A DNA stretch of 64,000 nt from Octopus vulgaris (Eukaryota). Location: contig OX597816.1 of the NCBI GenBank assembly GCA_951406725.2, positions 93,310,001 to 93,374,000 of the forward strand. Reading direction: 5' to 3'. Under the pieces are notes generated by a model. It was not told the DNA's origin and did not search any database. It saw only the letters and a list, made by a program, of their open reading frames with translations. This document shows, in pieces, positions 53,941 to 64,000 of this stretch. The position numbers and the translations under genes are program-made. Numbering within the stretch: the first letter of the stretch is position 1; each line of letters begins with the position of its first letter.

Positions 53941-54938
53941 TCAACTTAATTGCAAAGTTATAGAATTGTAAAAGAATACAGACTGTTTTAAGTAAACAAA
54001 CTATCTCAATAGAAATTCTTCTGTTCCAGTGCTTTGCCATGAAATGTAAAATGATGCCTTCCATAATTCGAGTTTTCAGCATGGCATTTATACATGGCAA
54101 CATTGCCTGAATTTTCTACTTTGTTGTCTGACAGAGAATTTCATAGATAAGTATTTGTTATCTGCAGCTTGGAAAAACTGTGTTCACATTGCTATTTGTT
54201 TACATCTAAATATCATCATTGCACTGCATTTATTTGTAATTTGTAACTATCACCGTTGTCATCATCATCATCATCATCAGTATTGTTGATGTTGTCATCG
54301 TCATTGTCATCGTCATCATCACCATCATCATCATCATATCATGTGATGCATATGGATGAAGACAGCTGTGTAAAGAAGTACTGAGCTCTAACTGTGGAAG
54401 AGATGGATGCAGGAAGACATGGGATGAGGTGACGAACCATGATCTTCGAATGTTGGACTTAACAGAGGTCATGGCAAGTGACCGTGACCTTTGGCAATAT
54501 GCTGTGCTTGAGAAGACTCATCAAGTCAAGTGAAATAGTAGTCATACCCATTACCAGTGTCATGTGAATGGCACCCATGAAAGCATAATTGTGACCGTTG
54601 CTGGTAGCATAATCTTTGAATGTCAGGCTTCATGGAAGCGATGACAAGTGACCAAGATCATTCATGATATGCTGTGCTTGAGAAGACTCGTTAAGCCAAG
54701 TAAAATTGTAGTCGTGGCTGTTACCAGCCTCATGTAAATGGTACCCATGGAATTGTAATTGTAGTTATTTCTGGTGTCATGTAAACAGCATCTGTGCCAG
54801 TGGCACGTAAAAAAGCACCCATTATACTTTTGGAGTGGTTGGCATTAGCAACCATGCCAAATTAGAGTGGAACCTGGTACAGCTCTCCAGCTTACCAGTT
54901 CCAGTCAAACTGTCTAACCTATGACAGCATGGAAAGCA

Positions 54939-55028
54939 GCCGTCCAAGAATTCGGACCAGGAGATCACCATTTCCAGCGACTTCGAGGGCCACCTCCCAG
55001 TGGTGTCGGGCATCAACGAAGAACCCTC
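54939..55028 (+). ncRNA. Candidate HDV-like ribozyme, copy 2
   Basis: GCC[hairpin1][hairpin2]CGAC-UUC-GAGGGCC-ACC-UCCCAGU-GGU-GUCGGGC-AUCAA-CGAA-GAACCCUC; manual fold only. Confidence 0.5.
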
Positions 55029-55149
55029 AATTACAACAAGACGACCAAAGTTTTTTTTTTTCCAAGGTCTGGGGTCTCCCACCCCTAAGCCCTAGACCAT
55101 CACCTAATCACCCTTACCCGTCTTGTTGCTTAACAACAACAACAACAAC
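54939..55149 (+). mobile_element. ~210-bp non-tRNA retroposon with (AAC)n tail, copy 2
   Basis: 12-bp TSD gcatggaaagca / gcatggaaatca (54927-54938 and 55151-55162). The uninterrupted site sequence cagcatggaaagcagacgttaaat is seen at ~58852. Confidence 0.9.
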
Positions 55150-55964
55150 TGCATGGAAATCAGACATTAAATGATGGTGATGATGATGACCCTCATCATC
55201 ATGACTCTCAACATCATTAACTTCATAATCGTGGTCATCATCATCATCATTATCATTCATTCCACTGCACCAGTTTATAGTGTGACTCACACATTATGGT
55301 CTGTGTATTCTCATTAAAATGTTTATATATTATAACAGTTCTGCAGAAGATGTCCATAATACATAATAAAGTAGCAGACAATGATTGTGTTTTTCTTTTT
55401 CTTTTTTCATCTGTCTCTTTTAAGTTTGATAGCAACGTTTGTATCATGTTAATTTGTGCATTTGTGCTTTTATATTAATTCTTCAGCACACATGTTATTC
55501 TAAGGATCATTTCTGCTTTTTCATTTTCTATATTGTAAATATTTTTATTTCAAAGTCATGATATCAAAGAAGTTTGTTTTTATTCCTTCTGTTTGAATAC
55601 ACAAGCATGTTGACAGTAATGTCTCCCATATATCATAGCTGTGTCAGTTTTTAGGCACTCTCTGTAATGGTATGCTGGTACCAGATGTTTCTGTCCTAAA
55701 TTAAATATTGGCAAACTTTTTAATATACTTTGTTGCCAAATGTAGATTGTAAATATTTAAAGTCAGTTTTCTGTATACAATGTTTTTACTGTCTGTTGTA
55801 AGAGCTACTTTCCTTTTTAATGATGGCATTTAATTAATTATTGGAAAACAGATACTGGTGTTTTTTGCTAAAAGGAAACCACTAGTTTCCATCTATTAAT
55901 TCTTAGCATTATTATTTATTTAATGAATTAATTAATCTATTATTATTATTATTATTATTATTAC

Positions 55965-56007
<43 letters not shown>

Positions 56008-56090
56008 TTCTAATCAACAGATCAGACTATTGGAAAAGAAAAATCCTATCACGCTACAAGTAACCTTAAATGCCAAGAACCCTCCTATTA
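56008..56090 (-). mobile_element. Tiny 3' end of a second R4/Dong-like element between (TAA)n tracts
   Basis: Minus strand reads RRVLGI*, a short UTR, then (TAA)n. This is a typical R4/Dong ORF terminus. Confidence 0.5.
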
Positions 56091-56094
56091 TTTC

Positions 56095-56152
<58 letters not shown>

Positions 56153-57197
56153 TTCTTTGCACTGAAGATGTACTACAGTGTCAGCTGTTCACTATCAATG
56201 AACTAAGGTAACACCTCTTATTTTTCAAGCACCTTCTGGAGTATTCAAGCGGTTCCAAACAGTGCGGTTTTCTCACACCTTGTTGTCAGCTGGGCATGCT
56301 ATATCTATGATCCAGCATAGTTTGCTTTCTTTCTCAATTAAGACTATGTCTGGCTTCCTATTCTTTATCACATGGTTGCACTGAATCATAAAATCCCACA
56401 GGATCTTTGCATTGTCATTTTCAATGATGCCTTCAGGTTTGTGGTCATACCAATTTTTTGCTCTGTCAAGTCCATACTTGTTGCAAAGTGTCCAATGGAC
56501 AAGCCTTGCTATATTATCATGGTGTCCGGTTTTAAATCACTTTTAGTCATCCACAGCCATCTTTTTTCTCTGTCTGTCTTATCTTCAACATCCCTATGAA
56601 ATTGTCCATGCATTCTGTTTTTTTTCCCACCTATTTTCAGTTTCATGCATTTTCAATTGTTTGTACAGTGCTTTATCTTTGAAATCTTTCATCCTACACC
56701 GGCCTGACCTTCTTCTAATAATAGTGGTTCAGTGGCATTTTTTACATACCATGCTATATTGTTTTCTTCTGCTCTAATGCTGTGTTCACACCCAATAAGT
56801 CCTCTTCCCCCTCTTTTTCTTGGTACATACAGTCTATCTGTGTCACTTTTTGGGTGAAGTGTCCCTTATCTAGTTAGCAACTTCCTTGTCTTTCTGTCTA
56901 AGCTGTTTAGTTCGTCAACTGTCCATGCGATTACCCCTGCTCCATATCTAAGTAGTGAAACCGCCCAGGTATTAATAGCTTCATTCTCATTCTGTCCGTT
57001 TAATTTTGACTTAAGGATCAGTCTCAGTCTGCACAAGTAATCTGCCTTAAATTTTTCTGTCATTTCTTTCTCCATCAATTTATCCATTTCCAAAATCCCC
57101 AAGTACTTATAGTCTCTCTCTTCTATCTGCTTCATAACCTCCCCCGATGGTGTCAATAGTTCATCCATACATTTGATTTTGCCTCTCTTCAAAACAA
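56153..57197 (-). mobile_element. 5'-truncated R4/Dong-clade LINE inserted in (TAA)n
   Basis: YKYLGILE..RLRLILKSKLNG..AINTWAVSLLRYGAG..W..ELNSLDRKTRKLLT; LYVPRKRGGRGL; MHGQF; KILWDF..KPDIVL; KTALFGTA. (ATT)n lies on both flanks. Confidence 0.9.
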
Positions 57198-57209
57198 TTA
57201 TTATTATTA

Positions 57210-57244
<35 letters not shown>

Positions 57245-58814
57245 TGTTGCTCAAATATCTATCCTTCTTCTATTTAGTTTGCATCTAAATCCATCCACTG
57301 AAAATAATATAGAAAAATAAATTTGTGAAAGATGTAAAAAGGAAGAGAAATGAGAGAAGAAAAAAGAACAATATATATTCTTTTTTTTTATTGAATGATT
57401 TATAACATTTTCCTTTTTCTAGTAAGTACAACAGTCAACTAGAGATAAGTTTTGGTCATATTCTGACTTCATCAATGAAGCATAGTTTTCTCTAGACTTG
57501 GTTTTGATAGTAACTAGTCAATTGCTTCATCAACTAAACTACCCACTCAGTAAAATGACATAATTGGCCAAATGTGCCACACACATGTGAAATCTGAATG
57601 TTATTCACAGGTACAATCCATCTAATCATCATCTACATAGTTTTAGTCTACCTAATTTCACTTACAAGTCTCATGTCAATTCAAGTCTATGGTAAAATAT
57701 CTATGTCTAAGATGCTAAGATGCCACGCATTGTGAACAAATCTAAGACTTCATGCTTGCAAAGCAAACTAGTTAACCAGTGGTTAATAACCACTCACTTA
57801 TATCTGCATCATTTCCAACATAGTGATACAAGAAACACTAACTAAATGTTTAAGTGTATTGTGGTTACCAGAGAAATGAAAATAATATTAGTCCTTGACA
57901 AATAGTGTCTTTTGCAATCTAATGGTAACCATTCCATATAGCTATAATTTGGTAGAATTATTAGAACATCAAACAAACTATGACTCATATTATCTGTTCC
58001 GGGTTTTTGCATCTTATGTTCAAATCCCACATCACAGCTTTGTTTAATGCAAACAAATGTAAGACCTAATATACAATTACCAAAATACACAGTTTTACTC
58101 CTCAAGAGAAAATGCCCAGAGAAAGCTATTGTGTGCCTATATTAACTACAAATCAACACACAACATAGTGAATACAGTGCACTCTTTCAAACGTGACCTG
58201 CATAGTCAACAGCTCACTCTGTTACTATCACCTGAAAAACACCACAATAATTGCAGAGTACATTTGAAAACCAAAAGGAAAATGAGAGGCAATCAGTATT
58301 ACATTGGTAGTGTGGGATATAGCATGCAAATTTATAAACAGGTTAACATATTTAAGTCCTTGTCTTAGAGAAAATTTCCACATCACTTTTCATCACATAC
58401 CAATTCTAAAAAATTGCCAACCAATTTTGGTATCTCAGCACATTCCCTAATTCTCCATCAAAAATTTTCAAATGAGGGATCCCTGTTGGTACCTGACCAA
58501 CATAAGCAGTATCAATATTGATTTAAATTGCTTATGCTAGTCATTAAAATTTTTTTGTGTATTGGTCTGGAGGATGAGAATGCAACAATGGCTTTCAAAA
58601 GCCCTCTAGGATGCCATTAATATCCCATTTAAACTGATTACTAGTTGACAACTGCATGAAAGACACATGCAGTGAAAGAACTCCAAAGGTCTGATGCTCT
58701 GGAAAAAGGGGATTTAACATAGTAGCAAGTGGTAGGCCTGGAAAGCTGGACACAATATGAGTGATGAAAGAAGAAAGCCATCCAACTCTAATGAGAAGCC
58801 ACTGTCATAGTTGT

Positions 58815-58892
58815 AGAAAAGGCAGCTCCAGTCAAACTGTCTAACCCATGACAGCATGGAAAGCAGACGTTAAATGATGGTGATGAGGATGA
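58815..58892 (+). mobile_element. Short RTE 3' terminus
   Basis: ccagtcaaactgtctaacccatgacagcatggaaagcagacgttaaatgatg. Confidence 0.75.
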
Positions 58893-59086
58893 TTCTACTT
58901 CGAAGAATTTCATTTCAGAGGCTTTTTTCTCAACCATACTGACCATGACTGTATTCTTACCTCCATTAGTAAAGAAGTTATGTGTCTCCAGTCAGCAGGT
59001 TTAATGAGTTGCCTATATTACTAAGAGCAATGATAAATGTGAAACCAAAACTAACTTTCTGACTGGCCATAACCAATGACTAAATA

Positions 59087-59121
<35 letters not shown>

Positions 59122-61616
59122 ATAGTGATGGACTGTGAGAATGAGGACTCAACATAGCATTTGGTGGATAAATATTATTTGGGGATGCGCAATATTATCA
59201 ATGATTGCAATTAGCAAACATTCCACGTAGGTATGTAAGTATTCTATCTTCATTGTTTGATAAAGATTACATGAGACATAGCCTTATCCAAGATAGAAGC
59301 AGATTAGGAACATTTTTAGGTAGAAAGCCTGAAAATTCCGAGTTTTTGCATGAATTATTGGTAGCATTGCTAATCCACAAATTATATATACGATATAAAT
59401 ATATATATTATATCACACACACATGCACATGCACACACACATGCACACATACGTGCACACACACACACACAACCAGATATATAAGCATAGTGTCTTACAC
59501 TATCACCCTTAATGCTTTGAGAGTTGAACTCAAATACTAAATGAAGCCAAATATGTAAACAAAACAATACATGTGTGTGCAAGTATCTGCATGTGTGTGC
59601 AAGTATCTGCATGTGTGCACACATATGTGTGTGTATGTTTGTGTGTATGTATGTGTTTATGTACATATGAGTGGCTGTGCAGCTGCTCTGGTATGTTTGC
59701 ATGGCTTCATTGTTGTGTCTGTGTGTATGCATCTTCCTGTCAGTTTTCAACCATTTGTTATTTATTAACAATTCTCTTGTGTAACTGGTAGACCTCATTT
59801 CAGACCACTAACATGAAATGAAATTAGAAACACTTTTATTCACCAGGAATCAAACAAAATTCAATTAAAATGTAAAACTGTCTTACATCAAATGTATCTT
59901 GCTGATTACTTGCCAAACAGACAATTAAAATATTTTGCATAAAATACTTTTAAGGAACCTCTCAAATGAATATGCTCATCCAAATTGTATTTCATAACTA
60001 CTTTTCATATCTATGTAATTATTTATGAAAATAATATCATATGAAGTAGATCAATAATTTTCTTATCATTGTGATTGATGTAATATAAATCATAGATAAT
60101 GGAATCTAAAACACAAAGACCACAATAATATTCCTCAAATACATATTTTATAATGTTGGTAGAGAGAATTCGTTTATTCTTACATATTATTAATTAATAT
60201 CTAGATGTAATGCATTAGAAATTAAAACAATTTCAAGCTAAAGGTCAAATTAGGAAGCAACTTCCAAGCTAATCTCAGAGACCATATTTTTTATTCTTCC
60301 TACTTCTATTATTGAAATTTATGCAATGACCTTACCTAATGCCAATCTTTTCTTTGTCCTCAGATGCAAATAAAAACCAATATTATGATTAAGTTTTATG
60401 GGATTTTTTCTCTCTTTTTAAACCAAGGCAAAAAGAAAATTTCTACAACCTTAAATCACATATCTCCTTGAACATTAACTTCGGGGAGAAATTTGATTCT
60501 CTAGCCTCAGGGAAAAAAATAAATTGATAAGATTTTTTTTTTGTTCATTTTGAGGGAATAATAAAGAATTATAAGTAAATCTAACCAAAAATAATGGAAG
60601 TTTCTGATAAATGTTATGACCAATCTAATGTGTAAATTTTCTCAAATTAAAAAAAATGGAATATTGAAGTTCGTTTCTGCAATTCAAAACAACTCACAAA
60701 TATTCTATTATACTAACCTACCAAAATATACTCAAGTTCTTCAATATCGTTATTCCAAAGGAATTGGTAGAGTTATTTTGAGAAAGAAATAATCAAATTC
60801 CATTTCACACTTGTATGAATTTCAGGCAACCAATACTTATAGATCATGTCTGAAATCTGATGTTGCCTCCATGTCTGTGCAATTGCTGTGTCAGTGAGGT
60901 AGCTATATATTACATCAAATACATATTTATATATAGATATGCTACAGAGAGCTACATCAGAATGTAACATGTTTCAGAATGTGATGACAATATTGAAATT
61001 GATGCCAACTGCTTGCTTCTGTAACTGTCTCCATGCTGCCTATAAATCAAAGCCACCTAAGTATCATTTTAAACTTTTAAAGAAAGGTTGGAACTGTGAG
61101 AAATGTTACTTTGTTTTTACTTCCATGTAATAACTTGGTATTTAAAGCCAAATCGACACCACTCATAATCACGTGATTGCAAGTAGTGATATTGACATCA
61201 TCACTCACAATAAAAATCAATTATCAGTATATAATTGATTGTAATTATCACTAGTGTGAATAGCAACAATATCAGCAGTAACAGCCTTATCATTACCAAT
61301 AATATCTATGTTATTAATATCAGTAATATTAATTTATTTTGACTCAATGCCAATTTTTGTAGGAGAGAAAGGTATAATTGATTAAAATGACCTCAGGATA
61401 TTGTATTAACCCTGGAAGAATGAAAAACTTGGGAAATATTGGCAGAATTTGAACTTAGAATATAGAAGTATGAAACTAAATATATATTTAGTCTGGCAAT
61501 CCACTCATTAAGCTACTTTTGGCATATTTTGATAAAAGTAATATTAACATTTCCATCATTTTCCACATTAATATAAGCCCTAATAATATTAAGAACTAAT
61601 ATCATATGAAAAGTAT

Positions 61617-61645
61617 TGTTGTTGTTGTTGCTGCTATTGTTGTTG

Positions 61646-61703
<58 letters not shown>

Positions 61704-61730
61704 CATTATCATCATCATCATCATTATTAT
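61617..61730. repeat. (TTG)n/(ATT)n/(ATC)n microsatellite, the target/tail of a Dong-like element
   Basis: Direct reading. Confidence 0.9.
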
Positions 61731-62750
61731 TTGGTAGTTTTATTTTTATCATGTGCTTTCACTGCACTGCCAAGTGCTACTCTGTGTGCTTTGGGTATGT
61801 GCTGTGGTTTGTTTTGGCATTGTTATTGTCACTGTATTGAAAGTGCTTTAAGTAGCAAGTGTGCCATGCCTAGTAGTGCTATTTTCTGTGTGTTATATAT
61901 ATTTATAAGTCCTGATGTTTTGGTTAGGCATTTGTCTGCATGTTTTTTAATCATACCTAATGCACTTATTATTATAGGGATTATTTTTGTTTTTAGGCTT
62001 CATGTTTGGGTTATCTCTATCTCCAGATCTTTGTAATTCAAGAGTTTTGCCATTTCTTTTAGAGATACATTGTCATTTGCTGGGATTAATACGTTGATTA
62101 CAAGACACTGTCAACTATATCCAGTTATTACCTGTGTATATTGGCATATCCCAGAGTATGGTTGCTTTGTCCTTTTCAGAGACTTTTTACGCCTATACCA
62201 TCTTTTCTTTTATCATGCCATAGTGTTGGCAAAACTTCCAGTGTATACAGATCCCAACTCTGTCATGTCTGTGGATATATTCCTTCTTAGCCAGAACTGG
62301 GCTGCCAGTGACAATATGATTTATTGTTTCTTCCCCATCACCATATATTCCGAAGTTACTTATAGTATTTTTCTTCATTATGTGTTTCTAGTGGTTTCTG
62401 TAGAGAAGCTTTGATCTTGTGCTGCAATTAAAAATCTTTCAGTCTCTAGTTTGAGTCATGAGCTTTTCAACCATTGTGAAGATTTTACTTTTTCTATTCC
62501 TTCACTGTTTAGCTTATCCCAGTATTTCCCATGTAAGGGCTTTTCTTGCTATCTTTTTATCATGGTATTTTGTTGTTCCAGTTTTAGTTTAGATTTCACT
62601 TGCTTTACAGCTTTTGCAATTTGCTCATTTTTTTCATAGTTGTCAGGTACTATGACCTCTTTCTTGTATTTTCCGGCTTCTTTAAAGACAGAAAACATTT
62701 TTCCTTTGCTCATTTTGTGGTTATTTGAACTAGTTTTCCTTGGTTCTGAT
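61730..62750 (-). mobile_element. R4/Dong-clade LINE 3' part, decayed
   Basis: KPLHGKY..ETERFLIAAQDQ..EETINHIVTG..LAKKEYIHRHDRVG..IHW..YKDLEIEI..IPIIISALGMI..IALLG.AHLL, then a (TAA)n tail. Confidence 0.88.
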
Positions 62751-63995
62751 CATCATCATGAAAAATCTCAACTGGACATGATGGAAAGTGTCAGTAGACT
62801 ATGGTGATCCTTGTTTACTGATTGTGCTTCAATAACCCTGCAGAGAACTCTTGAAATTCCAAGCAATGAGGATTTTGTATGTGTTCTATCTTTACATTTG
62901 CTTCAATCTTTTTGAAGCCATGTTGATAGCTGGGTACTGATACTCCCAAGTGTACCATTCACTATTGTTATCATGTTCCCTTTCTTCAGTGTCCACAACC
63001 TGTATATTTCCCACTTTTATTCATCAAAGTTCTTCACTTTTTCTTCTTCTTTCTCTTCACTCCTGTTGTCACCAGGACATGTTGTATCAATTATCAGGCA
63101 TGTTTTTTACTTTTTTGTTCATTTCAACTATGTCAGATTTTTTATCTTTAACCTGTTAGTCAGACTCAATCATTGTATCCCACAGGATTTTGCAATCCTC
63201 ATTCTCAGTAACTCCTTCTGAGATTTAGTCATACCACATCTTTGATCTTTCTAAGCCATAATTTCCACAAAGCTCCCAATGGGTCATTCTTGCCACACTG
63301 TCATGTTTCATTTTGTATTAATGTTGTGCCAATTTCGGGCATTCACTAACAATGTGCCATACTGTTTTACCCCTTTTAACACACATTCTGAATTTGTCAC
63401 TCTCAGTTGTTTTATCAATTCTGCATTTCACATACTTTGTTCTCAATGCTTATTCTTGTTCCATACTTATGTAATTCTGTTTCTATCTTCAAGTCACTCC
63501 TCCACATCAATAACCACCAGAACTTCCGTATTTGTCTTTGCACTCATATCTCTTGCAAACTGACTGAACATTTTTTTCCTTTCCGATGTCATTTCTTTTT
63601 ATACGTATGCTCTTTTCCTTGTTAAATTTCTCTTTCTCCAAACAATTATCAGTTTGATGATGCCTGATTTCACATGCATCAACAATGGTTCTACTGAATT
63701 TTTTGCATACCACCCTAAACTGTTTTCCTCTGATTCAACACAATCATGACAACCGGTTAAATCTCTGCCACACTTTCTTCTGGAAAAGTGCAACTAATCA
63801 GTGTCACTGTTGGGATGAAATACTCTATACAATATGAATAATTTCTGTTTCTTCTTATCCATACTCATCAGTTTATCCTTCTGCTAGTTTTATGATTCCA
63901 TCATGGAAGATTTCTTATATCTGCATATCTAAAATGCTGAATCTGTAGATTCATTTAAACATTCATTAAGATATGCTGTGCCATAAGGTGATACT
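62750..63995 (-). mobile_element. Another R4/Dong-like LINE (different family), decayed
   Basis: HPNSDTD*LHFSRKCGRDL..CVESEENSL.WY; ETVWHIVSECPKLAQ..HDSVARMTHWELCG; KILWDTMI; PDIVE. Ends in a (gat)n-like tail at ~62750. Confidence 0.85.
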
Positions 63996-64000
63996 TGAAA

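Larger units (their letters stand above)
54340..55190 (+). mobile_element. 5'-truncated RTE LINE with internally duplicated 3' UTR, interrupted by the (AAC)n retroposon
   Basis: RKTWDEVTNHDLRMLDLTEVMASDRDLWQYAVLEKT; atatgctgtgcttgagaagactc occurs twice; the tail resumes at 55151. Confidence 0.85.

Overview
AT-rich animal genomic DNA, almost certainly intronic or intergenic. The repeat repertoire (tRNA-headed SINEs with internal microsatellites, RTE tails ending (GAT)n, abundant TA/CA/TACA/ATT microsatellites) resembles Octopus; this is inferred from recall, not from a search. I found no intact protein-coding gene, and most ORF-track entries are microsatellite read-throughs. The window is a layered transposon graveyard: one near-full-length decayed mariner, a maT-like element, a Tc1, mariner MITEs, two non-autonomous Helitrons, RTE, R4/Dong and HERO-like LINE fragments, old L1/Tx1-like and Gypsy-like remnants, a THAP-domain relic and at least three SINE families. 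The most interesting object is a ~205-bp retroposon present twice (5855-6058 on -, 54939-55149 on +). Both copies have the same 5' start, 12-bp TSDs and an (AAC)n tail, and lack a tRNA head. The first ~90 nt fold by eye into an HDV-like self-cleaving ribozyme with an unusual P1 split by two hairpins, and the predicted cleavage site is the element's first base. Repeat boundaries were read by eye: within a few bp where TIRs/TSDs are quoted, within tens of bp otherwise.
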